Shown here piece by piece: positions 1 through 8,340 of a stretch of 32,000 nt of DNA (position 1 is its first letter; each line of letters opens with the position of its first letter). Where the stretch lies: positions 990,001-1,022,000 of the forward strand of contig NC_003551.1 in assembly GCF_000007185.1 (NCBI RefSeq). Reading direction: 5' to 3'. The translations under genes were made by a program, and so were the position numbers. The notes under the pieces were generated by a model. The model made no database searches and was not told the origin of the DNA. It saw only the letters and a list, made by a program, of their open reading frames with translations. The DNA is from Methanopyrus kandleri AV19 (lineage in GTDB: Archaea; JAADCQ01; Methanopyri; Methanopyrales; Methanopyraceae).

Positions 1-534
1 CGTGAGCCTCCGAGGTTCGCCGAGATCGACAACCCGAGCCTCGGGGATCGAGTATTTCTGGCGATTTCAGGCCTGGTGGTGGGCATCATGGGGGTCAGTA
101 GGGGCATTTGGGAACTGAGGAACGTCGAACGGGTCCGGGCGGCGCTCGGTCTCCTGAAGAAGGCTGAACGCTACCTCGAAGAAGGTTCGGAGAGGATTCC
201 GGCGAAGTACAACGCCGTGACCTACGCGCTGAGAGCCCTCAGATGTGTGAAGAACGCCGTCGAAATCCTTGAGGAGATGGAAGAGGAACTGGAAAGTCAG
301 GAGCGAGAGCTGAAGGAAAAGGCGAAGGAGAAGGAAAAGGCGGAAAAAGAGGGGGAGGAAGAGAAGGTCGAGAAGCGGGGTAGTTCCGATGTACGAACCG
401 CTGAAAGAAGGGACGGAGCCGGGGACGAGAATAGTGACGACAGGCGTAGTCGTGGGGACGGAACCGCTGACCGTGGACGACGGGAAGAGGATCGTGGAGT
501 GTCCGACGGTGGGGGAAGTGAGGGTTCTGGATGA
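1..534 (+). CDS. Partial hypothetical protein with an N-terminal hydrophobic segment and a Glu/Lys-rich coiled coil; frame is open from base 1, so the gene probably begins outside the window
   Basis: Frame 1 has no stop from nt 1 (REPPRFAEIDNPSLGDRVFLAISGLVVGIMGVSRG...), followed by LLKKAERYLEEG...EEMEEELESQERELKEKAKEKEKAEKEGEEE. The last ~50 aa are low complexity and overlap the next ORF. Confidence 0.5.
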   Translation, partial: REPPRFAEIDNPSLGDRVFLAISGLVVGIMGVSRGIWELRNVERVRAALGLLKKAERYLEEGSERIPAKYNAVTYALRALRCVKNAVEILEEMEEELESQERELKEKAKEKEKAEKEGEEEKVEKRGSSDVRTAERRDGAGDENSDDRRSRGDGTADRGRREEDRGVSDGGGSEGSG

Positions 535-697
535 GCGCGGTGTGGAAATCGAGGATCCCCCCGAGACAGGTGAGGTAGTACGGGTCTTCGGTTCGATCAC
601 CGAGATCGGTGAGACCGTCAAGGTCGAGCCTCACGCGGTGCAGCGGTTGGGGATAGACCCGGAGTTGTGGAAGGACGTCCGGGAGGCGCTGGGGTAA
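389..697 (+). CDS. Small beta-rich, possibly OB-fold protein
   Basis: 102 aa ORF, GTRIVTTGVVVGTEPLTVDDGKRIVECPTVGEVRVLDERG...GEVVRVFGSITEIGETVKVEPHAVQRLG; alternating beta pattern resembling OB-fold proteins. Overlaps the 3' end of the upstream ORF. Confidence 0.5.
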   Translation: MYEPLKEGTEPGTRIVTTGVVVGTEPLTVDDGKRIVECPTVGEVRVLDERGVEIEDPPETGEVVRVFGSITEIGETVKVEPHAVQRLGIDPELWKDVREALG

Positions 698-736
698 GGG
701 TTTATCTTTCACACCCTCGCGCCAGAGTGCATCGGG

Positions 737-1507
737 GTGCTTAAGTTGGTGGAGTTCAGGGCCTACCAGGAGGAGGCTAGGTACTTCAAGTACGCGTTCA
801 ACGCGGCGGGCAAGGTGGTCGAAGAGGCCCCCTTGATCGTGACGGAGAACGGGATCGTGTCCAGGGCGATGGATGCCTCGCATATCGCTATGGCAGTGCT
901 GGAGATGCCCTGGGAGATGTTCGACGAGTACGAGCCCCCGAGCGACGAGCTGATGTACGGTCTCGACATGGAGGAGGTGACCCGGATAGTGCGGCGTGCG
1001 CGGGTTACGGACGAGATCACCCTGGAGGGTGAGGACGAGGAGGAGGTGATAATCAAACTCGGATCCAGCGGCTACGAGCGTGAGTTCAGGCTCCGGAGTA
1101 TCGACATCGATGACATCCCCGACGAGCCCGAGCTGGATTTCGCGGTCGAGGTTACCGTGGTGCCGGACTTCATCCAAGACGCCGTACGGGACGCGGATCT
1201 CGTCAGTGACACGGTCAAGGTCGGGGCGAAGGGTAACACGTTCTACTTCAAGGCCGAAGGAGAGCGTGGTCGCGTGATTCCGAAGGTTCAGGAAGGTGCG
1301 GAAGCGTTACTGACGTTCGAAGTCGAAGAGGATGTCGAGACCGCGTACCCGCTGGACTACCTGAAGGACATGATCCAGGCTGCTCAAGGCGCGGAGAGTG
1401 TTAGGATCAGACTAGGTCAGGACATGCCTTTGGAGCTGACATTCAGGATCGGTCCCGCAGGTGAAGGTAAGTTGACGTTCTACCTCGCGCCGCGAGTGGA
1501 GGAGTGA
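737..1507 (+). CDS. pcn: DNA polymerase sliding clamp (PCNA)
   Basis: 256 aa; VEFRAYQEEARYFKYAFNA...IVSRAMDASHIAMAVLEMPWEMFDEYE...LTFYLAPRVEE matches archaeal PCNA architecture including the C-terminal YLAP motif. Confidence 0.95.
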   Translation: MLKLVEFRAYQEEARYFKYAFNAAGKVVEEAPLIVTENGIVSRAMDASHIAMAVLEMPWEMFDEYEPPSDELMYGLDMEEVTRIVRRARVTDEITLEGEDEEEVIIKLGSSGYEREFRLRSIDIDDIPDEPELDFAVEVTVVPDFIQDAVRDADLVSDTVKVGAKGNTFYFKAEGERGRVIPKVQEGAEALLTFEVEEDVETAYPLDYLKDMIQAAQGAESVRIRLGQDMPLELTFRIGPAGEGKLTFYLAPRVEE

Positions 1508-1570
1508 ACCCTTCCTCCTTCTCGCCAGAATCCCGCATTATCCGGGACAGGACCGTGGCTGGGTGGGGGA

Positions 1571-2038
1571 CTAGCCCCCGTACAAGTACCTGTCGAGGAG
1601 CGCTTTCGGGTACCCTACGTATGGTATCCTGAGAACCACCCTACCGCTGATCTCCTTGGGCCGGATCGGGCACCATGGATCGGGCAACGGGTTGTTGTCT
1701 CCCTTGGTGATGACGCCCTCCGGCGTTTTGGCTATCACCCTGTGAACCACTGGGATCGGTTTCCCAGGCAGCCGGTACACGATGACGTCTCCGACTTTGA
1801 TGTCACGGTACGGGACCCCGACGACCAGGAGCACGTCGCCGACGTTGTAGTACGGGTACATACTCTCGGAGATCACCGTGACCACCGGATCGGGCGTGCC
1901 CAGCACGAATCCGAGCCCGTACCTGAGGCCGTACCCCAGGGCCACTCCTAGGACCACGTAGAAGACCGCGGCTTTCCAGCCCCTGAGTTCTCTTACTTTC
2001 CTCCAAGCCCTCTTGACGTTCAACGCGGACCACCCCAT
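1571..2038 (-). CDS. Signal peptidase I (archaeal/ER S26B type)
   Basis: 155 aa; TM near N-terminus, SESMYP catalytic Ser motif, GDVIVYR, HRVI, GDNNPLPDPW, ISGRVVLRIPYVGYP. Confidence 0.9.
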   Translation of the reverse strand: MGWSALNVKRAWRKVRELRGWKAAVFYVVLGVALGYGLRYGLGFVLGTPDPVVTVISESMYPYYNVGDVLLVVGVPYRDIKVGDVIVYRLPGKPIPVVHRVIAKTPEGVITKGDNNPLPDPWCPIRPKEISGRVVLRIPYVGYPKALLDRYLYGG

Positions 2039-2157
2039 AGACCACCGGAACGGGTCGAGAAATAGCCACCGGACCGTGTGAAACCCCTACGTACTGCTCC
2101 ATCGCTGAAACTTTGCCATCTCAAACCTATTTCATAACCGATTTTAATCGAAGATAA

Positions 2158-2167
2158 GCTTAATATC
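2158..2167 (+). promoter_or_regulatory. Candidate TATA-like element for radA
   Basis: AT-rich 'gcttaatatc' in the AT-rich gap between divergent sec11-like and radA genes, ~37 nt before the radA start. Confidence 0.35.
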
Positions 2168-2203
2168 TCACCCGAAGCTTACCGAAGTGCGGGGGGTGAT
2201 AAC

Positions 2204-3154
2204 GTGGTCGAGGAAGACGTCGTCGAGATAACCTCCCGCTATCTCCGCAGGGATCCCGATAAAATCGCTGAGATCTACAAAGCCATAGGTATCGAGACAC
2301 TCTCGGACCTCGCTGCGACCGACCCTGCTACAATTTCGGACGCTTTCGGTGTGAAGGAGAGCACAGCCAAGAAGATAATCGCGGACGCCCGCGAGGAAGC
2401 CAGTAAGGGTATCATGGAGGCCAAGACCCTTGCGGACCTCCTAGAGGAAGAGAAGAAGCGTGACGTAATCCCCACGGGTATACAGGGTTTCGACGAGCGG
2501 ATGGGCGGTGGACTACCGACCGGCGTTATCGTCGGTATGTACGGACCGCCAGGTGCCGGTAAGTCACAGTTCGCCACCCAGGTGGCCGCGCACGCCCTTA
2601 AGGAGGGTGAGTCGGTGCTCTACATCGACACCGAGAACGCCTTCCGACCGCAGCGTCTCCTAGAGATCGGTGGGTTCAAGAAGGACGAACTGAAAGAAGT
2701 TTCCGACAGGTTCGTGCTGCGGCGTATCATCGACGCCGCGGCGCTGAGACAGTACTTCGACGAGAAGGAGGGCGAGTTCATCAGCGAAGCCTACGAACTG
2801 ACACCGAAGGTCGTGGTCATCGATTCCATATCACAGCCGTTCCGTCCGTACAGCGCCCGCGATAAGCTACCGGAGCGATCGCGTATGATTGCCCACATCT
2901 TGAACACACTGCTCAAGTACTGCACCGCTTACAACGCCCTCGGCATGGTCACCACTCACGTCCAGGCGAACCCGGACGCTTGGGGTAAGCGCTGGCAAGA
3001 CGTGGCTCCAACGGTGCTCAAGCACATCGCCACGTACCGGTTCAGCATCGACTACAAGGGTAGGACTGAGCGGGTGATCACGCTCGAAGACGCTCCCGAC
3101 AAGCCACCGTTCGAGGTCCAAGTGGAACTCACGGACCGCGGTTTAGTGGGCTAA
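2204..3154 (+). CDS. radA: DNA repair and recombination protein RadA, intein-free
   Basis: 316 aa; N-terminal HhH region (IGIETLSDLAATDPATISDAFGV), Walker A GPPGAGKS, Walker B KVVVIDSI, C-terminal VQVELTDRGLVG. Confidence 0.97.
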   Translation: MVEEDVVEITSRYLRRDPDKIAEIYKAIGIETLSDLAATDPATISDAFGVKESTAKKIIADAREEASKGIMEAKTLADLLEEEKKRDVIPTGIQGFDERMGGGLPTGVIVGMYGPPGAGKSQFATQVAAHALKEGESVLYIDTENAFRPQRLLEIGGFKKDELKEVSDRFVLRRIIDAAALRQYFDEKEGEFISEAYELTPKVVVIDSISQPFRPYSARDKLPERSRMIAHILNTLLKYCTAYNALGMVTTHVQANPDAWGKRWQDVAPTVLKHIATYRFSIDYKGRTERVITLEDAPDKPPFEVQVELTDRGLVG

Positions 3155-3237
3155 CTGCGCAACTGTGCGATCCCCGGATGAGGATACAGCCGGGACCCCG
3201 AGGACCGATGCGGAGTGTGGCCGTAGCTGACGGGCCT

Positions 3238-4077
3238 TCACCTCCGCACACGGACCATGAGTCCGTCGCGCGCCACGACGACTACTGGAAACACCTCCCG
3301 AGCCTCCTCCCTCATTCTTTCCGGATCCACTTTCGTGGACAGGTGCGTCAGTACAAGGAGATCGACGCCTGCCTCGCGGGCGACCTCGGCAGCCTCTAAG
3401 TGGGTCGAGTGCAGGTATCTCACGGCTTCCTCATGATCCTCAAAGCACGCTTCATGTACCAATACCTGGCAACCGCGGACGTTCTCAGGATCGGCCGGAC
3501 GACCGTCTCCTTTCACATACACGGATATCTTACCGGGTTTCGTCAACGAGTACGGGCGCTCACCGCGTAAGAGCACTTCACGCCGCTTCGATGGAGGGAC
3601 CCTTCGTATGTACTTCGGATCCGCCTTTCCCGGTATTTTCGGTGTCTCGATCCGATAGTCGACCGTAGGAACCCCGTGTTCTGACTCGTACACCAGCACC
3701 CTGAGGTCACCGATTTCTACTTCGTCTCCCGGATTCACCTCCCGGTACTCGATCACCTCGAGGTCGGAGATGTCCAAAGCGGACTCAGAACCCGCCGTGG
3801 GACCGTAGACTTTCAACCTACGCCCGTGGAGGAGGTCCACGGTGGTCGCGAGTGGTAGGAGGCCCGCGACGTGATCGACGTGGTGGTGGGTGAGCAGCAC
3901 AGCGTCCACATCGTGGATCGTGACACCTTGCTCCATGGCCCGCCGCTGGGTACCCTCTCCGCAGTCGATTAGAAGCTTGGTTCCGGAGAACTCCACCAGC
4001 AGTCCCGGGTGGCTCCGATCCTTCGACGGGACCGCGCCACCCGTTCCCAGGAAGCGCATCACCAGCTCACGGTCCAC
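3238..4077 (-). CDS. rnz: Ribonuclease Z (tRNA 3' processing, metallo-beta-lactamase fold)
   Basis: FLGTGGAVPS, LLIDCGEGTQRR, LLTHHHVDHVAGLLPL, SEHGVPTVDYRI, LVHEACF, STHLEAAEVA. The supplied ORF opens at 4152 but homology starts at MRFLGTGG (ATG 4059, or in-frame GTG 4077). Confidence 0.93.
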   Translation of the reverse strand: MDRELVMRFLGTGGAVPSKDRSHPGLLVEFSGTKLLIDCGEGTQRRAMEQGVTIHDVDAVLLTHHHVDHVAGLLPLATTVDLLHGRRLKVYGPTAGSESALDISDLEVIEYREVNPGDEVEIGDLRVLVYESEHGVPTVDYRIETPKIPGKADPKYIRRVPPSKRREVLLRGERPYSLTKPGKISVYVKGDGRPADPENVRGCQVLVHEACFEDHEEAVRYLHSTHLEAAEVAREAGVDLLVLTHLSTKVDPERMREEAREVFPVVVVARDGLMVRVRR

Positions 4078-5521
4078 GATCCGTCCCCCGGACCTCGGAA
4101 ACCGCCAGCTCGAGGCGGTCGATACCCTCCTCCAGGAACGAGAGCAGTTCATCGATCGTCTCGAAGTTCACCCTACAGGGTCTCGCCATCGCTTTCACGA
4201 TCCGCTCGACGTCTTCCCTCGAAACGCCTCGCCCCTCGTGTGCGAAGAGATGGCGTGCCTTCCGTAGCTCCGAGCACGAGAGTACCTGGATGTACCTCGA
4301 CAAGGGTCCGAACACGTCCTTTTCGACCGCACCCACTTCCAACGCCCCAGACAGGACCTTCTGGGCTACGTGGAGGAACGCGAGGACTGCTCTCCCTTCT
4401 CCTTCCTCTCCTCTCAGTTCCCTCAGTACCGCCTCGATATCCGAGTCGAGCCTATCCTCTACCGCCCCACTCAGCTCCTCGCTCGAACCAAGTAGGTCGG
4501 CGAGTAGGCTGGCGAGCTCTACGGGATCGGACGTGGTGACGCGCTCTCCAGACAACCTCTCGTACAGCAGCATAAAGCAAGCCTGGGTGTAGTTCTCGTA
4601 AAGCATGCTCAATCTCACGATGAAATCCCCGAACTCCCCGCGGATCCATTGGTACCGGGCGTTCTCCAGTACCACCCTCATGTGGTGGATTATCCTTCGT
4701 ATCGGGTCCTTCTCGGCTTCCCTCAGCTTCCTGAGTCTTCTCCGGGCTTCGTGTCTCAGTTCATCCAGATGAGCTGACCGTGTAACCTCGGCGTAGAGCC
4801 GCCGGGCCTCCTCGTAGTTGAAGTTGAGCTCCGAGTCCCGGGCCCTGAGATACACCGGCTCCATCCTGTCTTCGTAGGCGGAGAACCGTTCGGCTATTCC
4901 GGCCGCCACCTCGAACAAACCGTGCTCTATCAGCACACACTTCATGGTTTTCATCGGGAGAATCAGAGGAGACGGCTCCACCTCCACGTTCTCGTCGAGC
5001 ACCCTGAGGGGGTGAAACCTGTCCTCCCATAACGTCGCCCCGATCAAACGTATCGCCCAACCCACGTTCGGGTGCGCGCCGCCCACGTAGGCGTATAGTT
5101 CCGATCGTTTCAGATCCTCCCTGCGGTGTAGGGTCTTCAGGACGTCCTCGATCTCCCGAAACACCTCGAACCGGTCCGGGTCTTTCCTCAGGACCACGGG
5201 GTCTTCGACACGAACGCCCCACTCTTTCTCCGCGTACAAGGAGACGAGCCGAGCACAGTACTCGGTGTCCTCGGGGTGATGGCCGTACTGGTGGTCCAGA
5301 CGGCGGGTTCCCAGCGATATGAGTGTGATCTCCCGCGGATCGTACCCCTCCTCGTAGAGTACGAACCTTATAATCGCGTCCAGCGTCGGGAACGAGGCCT
5401 CACCTAAGGCACTCGGGTCCGACAGCGCCCGCTCGTACAGACGCCGGGACGCCTCGAAGAGGTTTCCACCGCCGACGATCACGTCCCGAGGTCCCGCTGG
5501 AAATAGCACTACGGCCTCCAC
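4067..5521 (-). CDS. CARF-HEPN domain protein (Csm6/Csx1-like, TIGR02710-like), putative cyclic-oligoadenylate-responsive ribonuclease
   Basis: Rossmann-like N-terminus with VGGAHPNVGWAIRLIGATLWEDRFHPLRVLD (cf. CARF 'TGGTP...' motif), middle helical region LENARYQWIRGEFGDFIVRLSMLYENYTQACFMLLYERLSG, and C-terminal LRKARHLFAHEGRG with an RHLFAH (R-x4-H) HEPN motif. Real start probably GTG 5521 rather than 5683. Confidence 0.7.
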   Translation of the reverse strand: MEAVVLFPAGPRDVIVGGGNLFEASRRLYERALSDPSALGEASFPTLDAIIRFVLYEEGYDPREITLISLGTRRLDHQYGHHPEDTEYCARLVSLYAEKEWGVRVEDPVVLRKDPDRFEVFREIEDVLKTLHRREDLKRSELYAYVGGAHPNVGWAIRLIGATLWEDRFHPLRVLDENVEVEPSPLILPMKTMKCVLIEHGLFEVAAGIAERFSAYEDRMEPVYLRARDSELNFNYEEARRLYAEVTRSAHLDELRHEARRRLRKLREAEKDPIRRIIHHMRVVLENARYQWIRGEFGDFIVRLSMLYENYTQACFMLLYERLSGERVTTSDPVELASLLADLLGSSEELSGAVEDRLDSDIEAVLRELRGEEGEGRAVLAFLHVAQKVLSGALEVGAVEKDVFGPLSRYIQVLSCSELRKARHLFAHEGRGVSREDVERIVKAMARPCRVNFETIDELLSFLEEGIDRLELAVSEVRGTDRGP

Positions 5522-5607
5522 GTAATGTCCCCCGAAGGCAACATGAGTTGTCCGTCGTTCGGCGGTATTGAAGCGTTGCCGTACCGACTCGGCCGGGGTC
5601 GACGGCC

Positions 5608-8340
5608 GTGACCGAAGGGTTTGAGGCGCTACCGGACGACGTACAGAGAGTAGTGTACTCGAGGTTTGATGAACCCACTCCACCCCAACGCGTAGCGATA
5701 CCCGAGATTATGGATGGGAAGAACGTCTTGGTGATAGCCCCCACCAGCTCCGGTAAGACCGAGACCGCGGTATTACCCGTGTTCTCCATGGTACGTGAGC
5801 TCGACGAGCCTGGGATCAAGGCGCTTTACATCACCCCGTTGCGGGCCCTTAACAGGGACATACTGCGAAGGATCCGCTGGTGGGGGGAGAAGCTGGGCCT
5901 CGAGGTTGCGGTGCGTCACGGCGACACCCCGCAGAGCGAGCGGAGGCGTCAGGCGGAGGACCCGCCGGACGTACTGGTCACGACTCCCGAGACCCTCCAG
6001 GCCATACTACCGGGTAAGCGCATGCGTGAGCACCTCTCCCATGTACGTCACGTGATCGTGGATGAAGTTAACGAGCTCGCCCTGGACAAGCGCGGTGTAC
6101 AACTGACGCTCGGACTGGAACGACTCGCCGAGGTGGCTGGTGACTTCCAACGTATCGGCCTCTCCGCCGCCGTGGGCTCGCCCGACCGCGTGGGTAAGTT
6201 CTTGGTCGGCGATCGCGACGTCGAGGTGCTGGAGATCGAGGCCGAGCGTTACCTGGACGTTTCCGTGGCTCATCCGACCGGGCCGCACGAGGTTAAGGAA
6301 CGGCTGGAATTGATCCACGAGCTGGCGAAGGAGCGGGACTCTGTTCTCGTGTTCACCAATACTAGACAGATGGCCGAACTACTCGCGACCCGCCTGAAAA
6401 CGGAGTACGACGACATTGAGGTGGAGATACATCACAGTTCAATATCGAGAGAGAAGCGCATGGAGGTCGAAAAGAGGTTCAAAAAAGGTGAGATCGATGT
6501 CCTCGTGTGCACCAGCTCACTGGAGCTCGGTATAGACATAGGCCACGTGGACTTGGTGGTCCAGTACGGCTCGCCACGTCAAGTAACCCGCCTCGTGCAG
6601 CGAGTGGGACGCGCGGGCCGTCGACGTAAGCGGGCCGAGGGTCTCGTGATAACGTCAAATCCAGACGATCTCGCGGAGGCGGCGGTGATATGTCGTCGGG
6701 CGCTGAAGGGATCCCTGGAACCCACTGAGATCCCGGAAGGTTGCCTGGACGTCCTCGCCCACCAGCTCGTGGGGTTGTGTCTGGACGGGCACCAGGTCAC
6801 CGTGGACTACGCGCTGGAGGTGTTCAGACGGGCTTATCCGTACCGCCATCTCGACGCCGAGACGCTCCGAGAGGTGGCCGAGTTCCTGGACGATATCGAG
6901 GTGCTCCGGGTGCGCGGTGACCGTGTGTACCGGACGAAGGACGCCTGGAAGTACTATTACTCGAACTTGAGCATGATCCCCGACGAGCGACACTACCGGG
7001 TAGTTACGGAGAGCGGCGGACACGTCAGCGTCCTCGACGAGCCGTTCGTCCTCGAGTACCTAAGGCCGGGTATCAAGTTCATCTGCGCCGGTAGGCCGTG
7101 GATCGTGCAGGACGTGGATCACGACCGTTACGAGGTGCTAGTGACGCCGGCCGAGGCCGTGGAAGGCGCCATACCCTCGTGGGTCGGCGAGGAGATCCCG
7201 GTCCCGTACGAGGTGGCGCGCGAGGTGGGGGAAGGGATCGGGCGGGCCGAAGCGGCGCTGGAGGATGGGTTCACCGAGGCCGTCGAGGTCGCGGCCGAAA
7301 CCTTCGGTCTAGGACGCCGCGAGGCCAAGGTACTAGCCGACCTGATCCGTAGGCAGCGGGAGCACTCAGCGGTGCCGCTTCCGGAGAGGCCCGTCATCGA
7401 GGACCTGGGTGGGACCCTGGTGATCCACGTGTACGGTGGTACGAACCCCAACCGCACCCTGGAGAAAGTCCTCGGGACCTTGATCTCGGGACGTCTGGGG
7501 ACGACGGTCAGGACGTACTCGACCCCGTACAAGATCGTGATCTCGGCGGAGAAGCGGGCGGGACTCGACGCGGACCTCCTCATGGAGTGTTTGGAGACGC
7601 TGCCTTCCGACGAACGCGGGTTCCACGCCCTCACGCTCAGAATCGTCGAGAAATCCGAGGTCTTCAAGCGCCGATTGGTGCACGTCCTGAAGCGCTTCGG
7701 TGCGATAGAGCCGGACGCCGACTACAGGGACGTCTCACCGCGACGCCTCCTGAAGGCGTTCAAGGGGACTCCCCCGTACTACGAGACAGTCTCGGAGGTC
7801 GAGCGGGATCTAGACACCTCCGTGGCGTTCCGACTGGTGAAGGAGCTGGAGGAGAAGGCGGAGATCGTCCGGGTGCGCGATCCTTCCCCGTTCGCCGAAC
7901 ACGTGTTGGAGGGACTCGGAGAGGTAGGGCGCGTGACTTCGGGACTCCTGGCCGCGCAGGTCGAGACGCTCAAGCGGGACCTGGAACGACGCAAGCTGTG
8001 GCTCGGCTGCCCGAACTGCGGCTGGCGCGGTCGACGCTCCGTCAAGACCGTTAAGGAGGAGGGTCTCGAATGTCCCGACTGCGGCGCTACGTACCTGGTC
8101 GCTGCCAAGACCGAGGAGGGTCTGGAAAAGCTGCTGAAGGACTCCGAGCGCGCTCGGCGGGTGGCCGATCTGCTCGAGTCATACGGTGCCAAGGCCCTGG
8201 AGGCCCTCGCGGTACCGGGTGTCGGGCCCGAGGCCGCGGCTAAGGTGCTCCGATCGACCGGCGGACGTGAGCCGCACTTCTACCGTGAGCTACTGCAGGA
8301 GCGCCTCCGTTACCTCCGCACCCGTCGGTTCTGGGACTAG
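5608..8340 (+). CDS. Lhr-like SF2 ATP-dependent helicase with C-terminal zinc ribbon and HhH-like tail
   Basis: 910 aa; TPPQRVAIP, VIAPTSSGKTETAVLP, TTPETLQ, VIVDEVNEL, VFTNTRQMAE, CTSSLELGIDIG, QRVGRAGRR; CPNCGWRG...CPDCGATY zinc ribbon; AVPGVGPEAAAKVL. Confidence 0.93.
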   Translation: MTEGFEALPDDVQRVVYSRFDEPTPPQRVAIPEIMDGKNVLVIAPTSSGKTETAVLPVFSMVRELDEPGIKALYITPLRALNRDILRRIRWWGEKLGLEVAVRHGDTPQSERRRQAEDPPDVLVTTPETLQAILPGKRMREHLSHVRHVIVDEVNELALDKRGVQLTLGLERLAEVAGDFQRIGLSAAVGSPDRVGKFLVGDRDVEVLEIEAERYLDVSVAHPTGPHEVKERLELIHELAKERDSVLVFTNTRQMAELLATRLKTEYDDIEVEIHHSSISREKRMEVEKRFKKGEIDVLVCTSSLELGIDIGHVDLVVQYGSPRQVTRLVQRVGRAGRRRKRAEGLVITSNPDDLAEAAVICRRALKGSLEPTEIPEGCLDVLAHQLVGLCLDGHQVTVDYALEVFRRAYPYRHLDAETLREVAEFLDDIEVLRVRGDRVYRTKDAWKYYYSNLSMIPDERHYRVVTESGGHVSVLDEPFVLEYLRPGIKFICAGRPWIVQDVDHDRYEVLVTPAEAVEGAIPSWVGEEIPVPYEVAREVGEGIGRAEAALEDGFTEAVEVAAETFGLGRREAKVLADLIRRQREHSAVPLPERPVIEDLGGTLVIHVYGGTNPNRTLEKVLGTLISGRLGTTVRTYSTPYKIVISAEKRAGLDADLLMECLETLPSDERGFHALTLRIVEKSEVFKRRLVHVLKRFGAIEPDADYRDVSPRRLLKAFKGTPPYYETVSEVERDLDTSVAFRLVKELEEKAEIVRVRDPSPFAEHVLEGLGEVGRVTSGLLAAQVETLKRDLERRKLWLGCPNCGWRGRRSVKTVKEEGLECPDCGATYLVAAKTEEGLEKLLKDSERARRVADLLESYGAKALEALAVPGVGPEAAAKVLRSTGGREPHFYRELLQERLRYLRTRRFWD

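Noticed and set aside
67-621. 184 aa minus-strand ORF rich in Leu/Phe/Ser
   Set aside because: Antisense of the Glu/Lys-rich coiled-coil ORF (GAG/AAG codons read as CTC/CTT); no independent homology signature.
239-1177. 312 aa minus-strand ORF across PCNA
   Set aside because: His/Arg/Pro-rich antisense artefact of GC-rich coding DNA opposite the well-supported PCNA gene.
2204-3154. Possible intein in RadA or in PolB (10559..13081)
   Set aside because: Walker, PolA, PolB and PolC motifs are contiguous; no intein splice-junction motifs seen.
5522-5683. N-terminal extension of the CARF-HEPN ORF
   Set aside because: MEWVHQTSSTLLSVRRPVAPQTLRSRPS is compositionally unlike the rest and antisense to the helicase start; GTG 5521 is more plausible.
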